Below are positions 10,047-18,827 of a stretch of DNA of 64,000 nucleotides, one piece after another. The notes beneath the pieces are model-generated. The model made no database searches, was not told where the DNA came from, and saw nothing but the letters and a program-made list of their open reading frames with translations. Source of the DNA: Thermoanaerobaculia bacterium (GTDB taxonomy: Bacteria > Acidobacteriota > Thermoanaerobaculia > Multivoradales > Multivoraceae). Numbering within the stretch: position 1 is the stretch's first letter; every line of letters starts with the position of its first letter. Location: positions 1,984,001-2,048,000 of the forward strand of contig OY762911.1 of NCBI GenBank assembly GCA_963666565.1, written 5' to 3'. A program made the position numbers and the translations under genes.

Positions 10047-10276
10047 TCCTCGGACTGCTCGGCAGGTACCTTGGGTTCAATGGCTGGCTCGCTCTCGCCA
10101 TGCCACCTTGTGCGTTCCATGAATCGGCGGAGGATGGGGTCCGTTGGGCGATAGTCCCGTATCCAGGCGTTGATCTCGCCGTTGGTCATGTCTTCGAACT
10201 TCCTGCTGAGGCGTTTCCGTTGCTCCCGCTCGTAGGCGACGCAGTCGAAGTCGTTCTCCTCTCTCTTGGCCGTCAC
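10043..10276 (-). CDS. Small protein paralogous to the C-terminal domain of the adjacent PIN fusions (putative antitoxin-like partner)
   Basis: FDCVAYEREQRKRLSRKFEDMT...PTDPILRR matches the tail of 10273-11007. Start/stop overlaps couple it to both neighbours. Confidence 0.65.
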   Translation of the reverse strand: MTAKREENDFDCVAYEREQRKRLSRKFEDMTNGEINAWIRDYRPTDPILRRFMERTRWHGESEPAIEPKVPAEQSEE

Positions 10277-11007
10277 TCCACCGGGGCCTTTCTGACGCCC
10301 GAGTCCGCTACGAGGCGAAGCGGAAGGAGCTTGGCTCTCGGCGACCGCTCCCAGATACGACGGAGGATGGGGTCCGTGATCTCCCGGTTGTTCCTCCACT
10401 CCACCTGCTCCTCGGGAGTCATGGCTTCTAACTTCCGACTGATGCGGTCCCTCTGCTCGCGCACGAAGCCGACGCAGTCGAAGCTCTTGTCGTTCGGGTC
10501 GCGGAAGTTCTCGCCCAGGATGGCCGGAGGCTCGTACATCTTGATCCGGGGATGACCGAGTTCCCGGTTGACGGCGTCGAACTTGGGCCCGCGGCGGAAG
10601 TTCAGCAGGTGCTTGTAGTTCCAGCTCGCAAGCATGTCGACGTTTGCGAGCGTGGCGAAGGCGACGTGCAGGGCGGCGGGTCGCGCGGCCGGGTCCAACG
10701 CGCCCGCCTCGATGTAGCGGTCGGCGAGTTCCTCGGCTGCTCCCGACGGCTCCAGGAGCTCCGAGTGCTCCCGCGGCACCGTACCTAGCAGCGCTCTCGC
10801 GGCCTCGGTCGCCGCGTCCAACTCGCCCACGACCGCGGCCGACAGGACGAGGGTCATGTCGGCGGCACGGAACCCCTCGAACAGAGCCCGGGACGACTCC
10901 CTGATCCAGTACTTCTCGTCCTCGCAGGCGGAGAACACGGAGGAGTCGACGTACACGCGGGGCGTTTCCGGCCAGGACGGAACCGGGTACGTCGTCTCAG
11001 CGGTCAT
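10273..11007 (-). CDS. PIN-domain protein fused to small partner domain (copy C)
   Basis: RVYVDSSVF, ELD, ALHVAFAT..VD.LASWNYKHLLN, then KSFDCVGFVREQR. Confidence 0.8.
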   Translation of the reverse strand: MTAETTYPVPSWPETPRVYVDSSVFSACEDEKYWIRESSRALFEGFRAADMTLVLSAAVVGELDAATEAARALLGTVPREHSELLEPSGAAEELADRYIEAGALDPAARPAALHVAFATLANVDMLASWNYKHLLNFRRGPKFDAVNRELGHPRIKMYEPPAILGENFRDPNDKSFDCVGFVREQRDRISRKLEAMTPEEQVEWRNNREITDPILRRIWERSPRAKLLPLRLVADSGVRKAPVE

Positions 11008-11280
11008 CGTCCACCTCTTTCGACGGACCGGGCGCCATGCCGCCCATGATCTGGGCCAGCAGGCCGTCGGTCATCGTCTCCAGCGTCAGGCTGTCAGCCT
11101 GGAACTCCGCCAGCGGCCGCATGGGCTCGGGCCTGTAACAGTAGCGGTCGAAGCCGATCTCGTAGCGGGTCTTCATGGTGACTGGAGTTGTACCACGCAT
11201 CGGCGGCTCAGGGCACCGCCTCGCGGCGCGGCAACGCCTTGATGCCGCCGTTCTTCGATCCCTGTCGCGGAGGTTCGCCG
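10997..11280 (-). pseudogene. Duplicated hsdM 3' end (remnant 2); 10997-11176 is still an open 59-codon frame
   Basis: KTRYEIGFDRYCYRPEPMRPLAEFQAD...GPSKEVDDDR aligns with the hsdM C-terminus at 13388-13680. Confidence 0.85.
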
Positions 11281-11318
11281 CGGTCTTGTTCGGCCGCGCC
11301 AGCAGGCGGCCCAGCGGT

Positions 11319-12378
11319 TCAGGCCGGGAGATCGTGATCCTCGGAGGGCGTGTCCTGCACGCTGGCATTGCGATCCCGCAGGCGCTCGACAAGACGCCGC
11401 AGCTTCGGGTCTGTCGGTAGGTAGTTGCGCATCCAGGCGCCTATCTCGTCGCTGCTCATGCCTTCGAGCTCCTTGCCGGCCGCGGCGATCACGGCCGCCG
11501 CAGCCAGCCTCAAAGCCTCGAACCGGCTCAAACCGTCTAGACACGCGCAACGGTCGCGGGCCTCGCCTTGCCGGCGACCGCCCGGCCAAGCACTGCGGCG
11601 AGGGACCGTGATCGCTCAGACAGTGGTTAGCGGAGATGCTCGCGCAGAGAAGCGCCGGGCTTCGGCCAGTCGTACCACGATTCCCAGAACACGCCCTTTG
11701 TCCCGCTTTCGCGTCGCGTACACCCAAAGTGCAGGCGGGTCCCCTCAAGGTATCCGCTGACGCGGTGCGGCTTGTCAGTAACGACGTCCAAGCCGAACCC
11801 CGTCGCGCTCTCTATCCCCGCGAGACAGCTTGCGAGCGTCGCCCGCTCGGCACCCATTGTGATCGTTGACGACTCGCCGCCGCACGCGACGACCACAGCG
11901 AAGCCGACGCTCACGACCGCTACTAGCGCCAAGCGGCGCACGTTCCCTAGCGCTTTCTCCATGAAAGCCAAAGCGTATCACGCGGACCGCGACCGCGGCC
12001 GGGAGCTTCTTCCGCTGCTCGCGCTGGAAGGCGGCCTGCAAGGCGATGGGTCCCGTCGCCGCATCCACCGCGCTCCCTTCGACGTAGCGGTCGGCGAGTT
12101 CCTCGGCTGCTCGCGACGGTTCCAGCAACTCCGAGTGCTCCCGCGGCACTTTGTTTGGCAGGGCTCTCGCGGCCTCGGTCGCCGAGTCCAACTCGCCCGC
12201 GACCGCGGCCGACAGGACGAGGGTCACGTCGCCGGCACGGAAACCCCTCGAACAGAGCCCGGGACGACTCGCTGGTCCAGTACTTCTCGTCCTCGCAGGC
12301 GGAGAACACGGAGGAGTCGACGTACACGCGGGGCGTCTCCGGCCAAGACGGAACCGGGTACGTCGTCTCAGCGGTCAT
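11319..12378 (-). pseudogene. Disrupted PIN-fusion gene (copy B): frameshift near 12240, internal deletion near 12050, about 520-bp insertion
   Basis: 12378 MTAETTYPVPSWPETPRVYVDSSV is nearly identical to copies A and C. REQRKKL (about 12005) and GKELEGM...HDLPA (11319-11478) are separated by inserted DNA. Confidence 0.85.
11627..11962 (-). CDS. Small predicted lipoprotein of unknown function, inserted in PIN copy B
   Basis: Basic n-region, hydrophobic stretch and lipobox VVAC-GG; two further Cys residues. Confidence 0.6.
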   Translation of the reverse strand: MEKALGNVRRLALVAVVSVGFAVVVACGGESSTITMGAERATLASCLAGIESATGFGLDVVTDKPHRVSGYLEGTRLHFGCTRRESGTKGVFWESWYDWPKPGASLREHLR

Positions 12379-12635
12379 CGTCCGCCTCCTTCGACGGACC
12401 GGGCGCCATGCCGCCCATGATCTCCGCAGGCCCTCGGGCTGCGGCTCCAGGCTGTCAGCCTGGATCGCCGCCAGTGGCCGCATGGGCTCGGTTCTCTAGT
12501 AGCGGTTGAAGCTGATTTCGTAGCCGGTCGTCACGATCCTGGAGTTGTACCACGCGTCGGCGGCTCAGGGCACCACCTCGCGGCGCGGCAGGCCTTGCTG
12601 CCGCCGTTCTTGGATCCGTGTCACGAAGACTCGCC
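12368..12635 (-). pseudogene. Duplicated hsdM 3' end (remnant 1), degraded
   Basis: gtagcggttgaagctgat..cgtagc and ggagttgtaccacgc match hsdM 13530-13620 with indels. Confidence 0.85.
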
Positions 12636-12672
12636 TCGACTCTGTTCGGCCGCCAGCAGGCGGCCCAGCGGT

Positions 12673-13398
12673 TCAGGCCGGGAGATCGTGATCCTGGGAG
12701 GGCGTGTCCTGCACGCTGGCATCGCGATCCCGCAGGCGCTCGACCAGGCGCCGCAGCTTCGGGTCTGTCGGTAGGTAGTTCCGCGTCCAGGCACCGATCT
12801 CTTCGCTGGTCATGCCTTCGAACTCCTTGCCGAGCTTCTTCCGTTGCTCGCGCATGAAGCCGACGCAGTCGAAGCTCTTGTCATTCGGGTCGCGGAAGTT
12901 CTCGCCCAGGATGGCCGGAGGCTCGTACATCTTGATCCGGGGATGACCGAGTTCCCGGTTGACGGCGTTGAACCTGGGCCTGCGGTAGACGTTCAGGAGG
13001 TGCTTGTGGTTCCAACTCGCGAGTGTGTCGACGTTTGCGAGCGTGGCGAAGGCGACGTGCAGGGCGGCGGGTCGCGCGGCCGGGGCCACCGCGCCCGCTT
13101 CGATGTAGCGGTCGGCGAGTGCCTCGGCTGCTCGCGACGGTTCCAGAAACTCCGAGTGCTCCCGCGGCACCGTACCTGGCAGGGCTCTTGCGGCCTCGGT
13201 CGCCGAGTCCAACTCGCCCGCCACCGCGGCCGAGAGGACGAGGGTCATGTCGCCGGCACGGAACCGCTCGAACAGAGCGCGAGACGACTCCCTGATCCAG
13301 TACTTCTCGTCCTCGCAGGCGGAGAACACGGAGGTGTCGACGTAGATGCGGGGTGTTTCCGGCCAGGGCGGTACCGGGTACGTCGTCTCAGCGGTCAT
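12673..13398 (-). CDS. PIN-domain protein fused to small partner domain (copy A)
   Basis: RIYVDTSVF ... LASWNHKHLLN ... KSFDCVGFMREQR. Start overlaps the hsdM 3' end, with a GGAGG RBS. Confidence 0.8.
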   Translation of the reverse strand: MTAETTYPVPPWPETPRIYVDTSVFSACEDEKYWIRESSRALFERFRAGDMTLVLSAAVAGELDSATEAARALPGTVPREHSEFLEPSRAAEALADRYIEAGAVAPAARPAALHVAFATLANVDTLASWNHKHLLNVYRRPRFNAVNRELGHPRIKMYEPPAILGENFRDPNDKSFDCVGFMREQRKKLGKEFEGMTSEEIGAWTRNYLPTDPKLRRLVERLRDRDASVQDTPSQDHDLPA

Positions 13399-15406
13399 CG
13401 TCCACCTCCTTCGACGGACCGGGCACCATGCCGCCCATGATCTCGGCCAGCAGACCCTCGGTCTGCGTCTCCAGGGCCAGGATGTCGGCCTGGATCTCCG
13501 CCAGCGGCCGCATTGGCTCGGGCTTGTAGAAGTAGCGGTTGAAGCTGATCTCGTAGCTGGTCTTCACGGTTCTGGAGTTGTACCACGCATCCGGGGCCCA
13601 GGGCAGGACCTCGCGGCGCAGAAAGGCCTCGATGCCGCCGTCCTCCTGGAGCGGGATCTGCTCGGTGTCGCGGAGGCTCGTGTCCGGCTCGTACTCGACG
13701 ACGGCGGTCCGGCCATCGACCTTCGCCTCGAACAGGCCGCGCAGCGGGTCGGCGGCGACGCCCCGCTTGTGGACCTTCCGGATCACCGGCGGCGCCTCTT
13801 CGCCCTCGCCGCGGACGCCAGTGGCCTTGAGTCCGCGGATCTCGGCGGCCTTGTAGGCGCGGCACCCGTCGATTCCCTCGATGCGGAGCGGCCGCTCGAC
13901 GGTGACCTTCCAGTAGCCGAAGGCCTCGTTGTCGAAGACCTTGCTTTCCTCGGTCTCCTCGAAGGCGAGGAAGGCGTCGCAGATGCGGGCGATGTCCTCG
14001 TCGCCGAGTTCGCAGTTCTTCTTGCCGAGGTTCTTGCGCAGCGGCTGGAACCGCTTCGTGGCGTCGATGAGCTGCACCTTGCCCCGGCGGTGCTCCGGCT
14101 TGCGGTTCGTCAGCACCCAGACGTAGGTGGCGATGCCGGTGTTGTAGAACATGTTGAGCGGCAGGGCGACGATCGCCTCCAGCCAGTCGTTCTCGACGAT
14201 CCAGCGGCGGATGTTGCTCTCGCCCTGGCCGGCGTCGCCGGTGAAGAGGGAACTGCCGTTGTGGACCTCGGCGATCCGGCTGCCGAGCGGCGTGTTCCGC
14301 TTCATCTTGGCGAGCTTGTTGGCCAGGAAGAGCATCTGCCCGTCGCTGCTGCGGGTGACGAGGGAGAACTCCGGGTCGCCGCCGTGCTCGATCAGGAACC
14401 GCGGGTCGCGCATGTCCTTCTTGCCGCCCATGCGCGCGAGGTCCGTCTTCCAGCTCTTGCCGTAGGGCGGGTTGGAGAGCATGAAGTCGAACTCGCGGGC
14501 CGGGAAGGCGTCGTTCGAGAGCGTGGAGTGCTCCGGCCCGCCGACGATGTTGTCGGCGGCCGCTCCCTCGCCCTTGAGGAGAAGGTCGGCCTTGCAGATG
14601 GCGTAGGTCTCGGCGTTGATCTCCTGGCCGAAGAGGTGCGTGGAGACCTCCTTGCCGCGCTCGGCGGCGAGCGACTGGAGCACGTCCTCGGCCACGGTGA
14701 GGATGCCGCCGGTGCCGCAGGCGCCGTCGTAGAGGGTGTAGGTGGCGGACCGGAGTCGGTCGGCCACGGGCAGGAAGACGAGGTTCGCCATCAGCTTGAC
14801 CGCGTCGCGCGGCGTGAAGTGCTCGCCGGCCTCCTCGTTGTTCTCCTCGTTGAAGCGGCGGATCAGTTCCTCGAAGATCGAGCCCATGCCGTGGTTGTCG
14901 AGGCCGGGGTGCTTCACGCCGCCGTCGCCGTCCGTCACCGGCTCGGGGCCCAGGTTGATGTCGGGCGAAGTCAGCTTCTCGATCAGCGTGCCGAGCGCGT
15001 CGGCCCGCGAGAGCCGCGGGATCTGGTTGCGGAACTCGAAGTTCTCGAGGATGTCCTGGACGTTCGGAGAGAAGCCGTCGAGCCACGCCTCGAAGTCGGC
15101 CCGGAGCCGCTGCCGGCCGGCGCGGGCGCGCAGGTCGCGCAGCGTGTAGCTGGACGTGTTGTAGAAGTCCTGCTTCGCCGCGTCCCGCAGGGTGGCGTCC
15201 TGGTCGACGATCTCGAGTTCGTCGAGAGTTGCCTTCACCTGCAGGACGTGCTGCTTGCGCGGCTCCAGCACCGCGTCGAGCCGCCGCAACAGGGTCATCG
15301 GCAGGATGACGTCGCGGTACTTGCCGCGGACGTAGAGGTCGCGGAGGACGTCGTCGGCGATGCCCCAGATGTAGCCGGTGATCCAGCTCAGGGAGGCGTT
15401 GTCCAC
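13388..15406 (-). CDS. hsdM: Type I R-M N6-adenine methyltransferase
   Basis: IWGIADDVLRD, GEHFTPR, YDGACGTGG (SAM binding), SNPPY (catalytic), LPLNMFYNTGIATY. Confidence 0.96.
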   Translation of the reverse strand: MDNASLSWITGYIWGIADDVLRDLYVRGKYRDVILPMTLLRRLDAVLEPRKQHVLQVKATLDELEIVDQDATLRDAAKQDFYNTSSYTLRDLRARAGRQRLRADFEAWLDGFSPNVQDILENFEFRNQIPRLSRADALGTLIEKLTSPDINLGPEPVTDGDGGVKHPGLDNHGMGSIFEELIRRFNEENNEEAGEHFTPRDAVKLMANLVFLPVADRLRSATYTLYDGACGTGGILTVAEDVLQSLAAERGKEVSTHLFGQEINAETYAICKADLLLKGEGAAADNIVGGPEHSTLSNDAFPAREFDFMLSNPPYGKSWKTDLARMGGKKDMRDPRFLIEHGGDPEFSLVTRSSDGQMLFLANKLAKMKRNTPLGSRIAEVHNGSSLFTGDAGQGESNIRRWIVENDWLEAIVALPLNMFYNTGIATYVWVLTNRKPEHRRGKVQLIDATKRFQPLRKNLGKKNCELGDEDIARICDAFLAFEETEESKVFDNEAFGYWKVTVERPLRIEGIDGCRAYKAAEIRGLKATGVRGEGEEAPPVIRKVHKRGVAADPLRGLFEAKVDGRTAVVEYEPDTSLRDTEQIPLQEDGGIEAFLRREVLPWAPDAWYNSRTVKTSYEISFNRYFYKPEPMRPLAEIQADILALETQTEGLLAEIMGGMVPGPSKEVDDDR

Positions 15407-15756
15407 TTCAGTCGGCTCGCTCGGCGGGCGGAGGCGTCATCTGTCGCCGCGGACCCAGTCCAGCAGCGCCATGACTTCGCGTGCGGCAACCGGTGCTCCT
15501 TTGGCGGTCGCGTGTAGACGACGGCGGCGTTTGGCTTGCCGAGACGGACCTCGCCTGCCTGCGCCTGCCGGATCAACTCGGCGTCGGGGTCGGGCGGCTC
15601 GGCTGGCCAGTGCTCGGCTTCGTATGCCTCGACGAGGGCGACGAGGACTTCGAGTTCGTCTCCCTCGGGCGTGCCCGGCGCGGCGCCCATCAGACGGTCG
15701 ACGGCCTTCAGTGCCTCCTCGTAGTCCCTCTCGTTCCTGATCGCCTTGATCTTCAA
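15388..15756 (-). pseudogene. HigA-like antitoxin N-terminal fragment lacking the HTH, joined to a Phd-like remnant
   Basis: IKAIRNERDYEEAL...GTPEGDELEVLVALVEAYEAEHWP..PPDP is the HigA N-terminus. No HTH follows. Confidence 0.6.
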
Positions 15757-15813
15757 GTTGGCCTCCCGACTCGTCTGGCTGGACGGGATGCGTGGGGCGT
15801 GAGTCTACGGCGT

Positions 15814-17022
15814 CTACTCGTCGTCGCCGCGGGTCACCGCGTCGACCGTCGTTGCGGCGGACATGTGGCCGATGACGTTCGCGGCGGTGCGGAACACGTC
15901 CGGTATGCGATCGACGCCCAGCAGGATGCCGAGGCCCGCCAGCGGCACGCCCACGACGTCGAGCGCGGGCGCCATCGAGACGATGCTGGCGCTGGGCACC
16001 GGAGCGACGGTCATCGAGGCGAGGAAGAGCGCCAGCACGGCCGCGGCGATCAGCCCGGCGTCGAGCGGCACGCCGTACATGGCGGCGAGGAAGACCAGCG
16101 AGGCGCTCTGGAACAGGGCACTGCCGGGCCGGTTGATCGACGCCGCCAGCGGCAGGATCAGCGTGTAGTTCCGCTCGGAGAGGCCGAGCTTCTTCGCTTC
16201 CTGGAGCATCATCGGCAGGGTTCCGACGGATGTCGTCGTGGTGAAGCCGACGGTGTACGTGCCGACGGTTGCCCGGATGAAGCGGGCTGGCGGTACGCCG
16301 CCGACGAACCAGACCAGGGGCAGCAGGACGAGGCCCTTCAGGAGGAAGAGCCCGACGACGACGGCGACGATGAAGACGGCAAGGTTCTGCAGCATCGCCA
16401 TGCCCGTCTGCGCGATGACCGGCGCCGCGAGACCGAAGACGCCCACGGGCGCAGTCCAGAGGATCCAGGTCATCAGCTTGATGAGCGCATCCCCGACCGT
16501 CTCCGCGAACGAGGTGAGCGTCTCCCTATTCTCGCGCGGCAGGGTTGTCGTCGCGGCGGCCAGGAGGACGACGAAGATGAGCAGGGAGAGCAGGTTGCCG
16601 TCGGCGGCGGCCTCAACCGGATTCCGCGGCACGAGGTTGACCAGGAAGTCGACGACGCTGGGCGCCGTCGTATCCAGGGTCTCCGACGACGTGGGCGGTG
16701 CCGTCGGAGCCGTAAAGGTAAGGGCGAAGCCCATCACGCCCATCCCGATCAGGATCGCCGGCAGCGTTGTTGCCCAGAAGAAGCCCACCGCCAGACCGCC
16801 GAGCCGGCCGAGCTTGCGCAGTTCGCCGATCCGGCTCACGCCAACGAAGACGACCGCCGCCACGAGCGGGATGACGACCATCCGGATCGCCCGCAGGAAG
16901 ACCTGACCGAGGGGCTCGACCGCCTCGGCGGCCCGCAGCAGCGCCGGAGATCCCGTCGCGGACGCCACGATGCCGAGACCGAGCCCGAGCGCCAGCCCGA
17001 TGAGAATGGCGCGTGTGTTCAC
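15814..17022 (-). CDS. Dicarboxylate/amino acid:cation symporter (DAACS)
   Basis: FLRAIRMVVIPLV, VPRNPV, FTTTTSVGTLP, LPLAASINRPGSA, GVDRIPDVFRTAANVIG. Confidence 0.9.
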   Translation of the reverse strand: MNTRAILIGLALGLGLGIVASATGSPALLRAAEAVEPLGQVFLRAIRMVVIPLVAAVVFVGVSRIGELRKLGRLGGLAVGFFWATTLPAILIGMGVMGFALTFTAPTAPPTSSETLDTTAPSVVDFLVNLVPRNPVEAAADGNLLSLLIFVVLLAAATTTLPRENRETLTSFAETVGDALIKLMTWILWTAPVGVFGLAAPVIAQTGMAMLQNLAVFIVAVVVGLFLLKGLVLLPLVWFVGGVPPARFIRATVGTYTVGFTTTTSVGTLPMMLQEAKKLGLSERNYTLILPLAASINRPGSALFQSASLVFLAAMYGVPLDAGLIAAAVLALFLASMTVAPVPSASIVSMAPALDVVGVPLAGLGILLGVDRIPDVFRTAANVIGHMSAATTVDAVTRGDDE

Positions 17023-17082
17023 GGAGATCCCCGGCGTCCTCTGGCTATCGCCAGGCCACGTCGACCGGCCAGGACGACGGGC

Positions 17083-18537
17083 CTACGCCCACAGGCCCCG
17101 GATCACCTCGCCCTTGACCAGCTCCCTCGGCTGGTCGAGGTGATTCAGGATCTCCATCGCCGGGTCGATGCCCAGCGTGTGGTACACCGTCGCCAGCAGG
17201 TCGTTCGGGTGGACGGGCTTCTCGCGCGGGGCCGAGCCGGTCTCGTCGGACTCGCCGTAGAGCTGGCCGCGGGAGACGCCGGCGCCGGCGACCATCGCGG
17301 TGTAGCAGTAGGGCCAGTGATCGCGGCCGTCGGGGGAGTTGCTGTTGCCGGAGGTGCTGACGCCGAGCCTCGGCGAACGCCCGAACTCGCCGACGGCGAC
17401 GACGAGGGTCTCGTCGAGCAGGCCGCGGTCGTCCATGTCGGAGAGAAGGGCCGACAGCGCCCGGTCGAGGACGGGGCAGTGCAGGTTCTTGAGCGGCCCG
17501 AAGTTCGCGGCGTGCGTGTCCCAGGAGTCGACTTCGGGGTTGCCGTTGGCGACCGCCGGCCAGTTGAGCTGGACGAAGCGGGTGCCGGCCTCGATCAGCC
17601 GCCGGGCCATCAGCGCGCCCTGGCCGAAGGTGTTCTTGCCGTAGCGCTCGCGCATGTCGTCGCTCTCGTTCGAGAGGTCGAAGGCCTGCCGCGCCTTGCC
17701 GGAGAGGACGAGGTCGTAGGCCTTCTCGTAGTACTCGTCGAGCGCGGAGTCGGCGACGGCCTTCTCGAGCTCGGGCATCGAGGCGTTCAGCCCCTTGCGG
17801 AGCTCGAAGCGGCCGGCGAGGCGCTCCGGCGAGGTCTCTTCGCGCAGTTCCAGGTCGCTGAGCTCGATCGGCTGGTTCGGGTCCTGGTAGAGCCGGTACG
17901 GGTCGTAGGCCCTGCCCAGGAAGCCGGCGGCGCCGCCCTTGCCGATCACGTTCGACTCCTGGAGCGGCCGCGGCATCTCGACGAAGGGGAGCATCGCGTC
18001 GTCGAGGGGCTTGAGCTTCGAGACGTGCGAGCCGGCGGTGGGGAAGTCGGCCGGCGTCGGCGGTTCGAGCTGGCCCGAGGGCGAGACGCGGTCCGGCGGA
18101 TAGCCGGTCAGCATCTGGTAGATCGCGGCGGTGTGGTTGAAGAGGCCCTTCGGCGTGTAGCTCATCGAGCGGATGAGGGTGCACCGGTGGACCTGTTCGG
18201 CCAGCAGCGGCATGGTCTCGGAGAGCCGGATGCCGTCGACGTTCGTGTCGATGGCGCCGAACTCGCCGCGGATGTTGGACGGCGCGTCGGGCTTCGGGTC
18301 CCAGATGTCGATGTGGCTCGGGCCGCCCTGGAGGAAGAGGAGGATGACGGACTTCGCGCTGCCGAAGCCCTTGCCGCCGGCGAGAGCGTCGGCTGCCGCG
18401 GTGGCGGCGTGGGCGTCGCGGAGCGCGAGCGCCTGGCTCAGCGAGATGCCGAAGATGCCGAGCGAGCCGACGCGGAGGAACTCGCGTCGGGTCGGGCCGT
18501 CGCAGGTGTGGCCGGATTGTCCTGGAATGACGAGCAT
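17083..18537 (-). CDS. DUF1501 domain protein with Tat-like signal
   Basis: TRREFLRVG, LQGGPSHIDIWDPKP, WDTH, GEFGRSP, GRDHW. True start taken as ATG 18537; the track extension runs through repeats. Confidence 0.9.
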   Translation of the reverse strand: MLVIPGQSGHTCDGPTRREFLRVGSLGIFGISLSQALALRDAHAATAAADALAGGKGFGSAKSVILLFLQGGPSHIDIWDPKPDAPSNIRGEFGAIDTNVDGIRLSETMPLLAEQVHRCTLIRSMSYTPKGLFNHTAAIYQMLTGYPPDRVSPSGQLEPPTPADFPTAGSHVSKLKPLDDAMLPFVEMPRPLQESNVIGKGGAAGFLGRAYDPYRLYQDPNQPIELSDLELREETSPERLAGRFELRKGLNASMPELEKAVADSALDEYYEKAYDLVLSGKARQAFDLSNESDDMRERYGKNTFGQGALMARRLIEAGTRFVQLNWPAVANGNPEVDSWDTHAANFGPLKNLHCPVLDRALSALLSDMDDRGLLDETLVVAVGEFGRSPRLGVSTSGNSNSPDGRDHWPYCYTAMVAGAGVSRGQLYGESDETGSAPREKPVHPNDLLATVYHTLGIDPAMEILNHLDQPRELVKGEVIRGLWA

Positions 18538-18563
18538 GGTTGGGCTCCTTAGGCTGGCTGACT

Positions 18564-18757
18564 GGCTCGCCGCTTCGCGGCTTCGCGCTCGATGCGGGTC
18601 GGAAGACCCGCGCACCCGGTATTCGGCTTCGCGCTCGATGCGGGTCGGAAGACCCGCGCACCCGGTATTCGGCTTCGCGCTTGGTGCGGGTCGGAAGACC
18701 CGCGCACCCGGTATTCGGCTTCGCGCTTGGTGCGGGTCGGAAGACCCGCGCACCCAG
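18564..18757. repeat. Tandem array of four 46-bp units, each with a REP-like hairpin GCGGGTC-GGAA-GACCCGC-GCACCC
   Basis: Units start at 18581, 18627, 18673 and 18719, preceded by hairpin GCCGCTTCGCGGC. Intergenic. Confidence 0.95.
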
Positions 18758-18827
18758 CGGCCGGTGCACCGACAGTCGGGCGGGTTCTGGCTTGCCGTCT
18801 TGCCTCTGGTTTCTCCGGTGGAGTCTC

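Noticed and set aside
10997-13680. hsdS shufflon or integrase-driven attL/attR
   Set aside because: The repeats are direct, there is only one hsdS, and no recombinase gene is in the window.
18581-18757. Possible CRISPR array
   Set aside because: The 46-bp units are almost identical end to end with no unique spacers, there are no cas genes, and the same hairpin is dispersed elsewhere.
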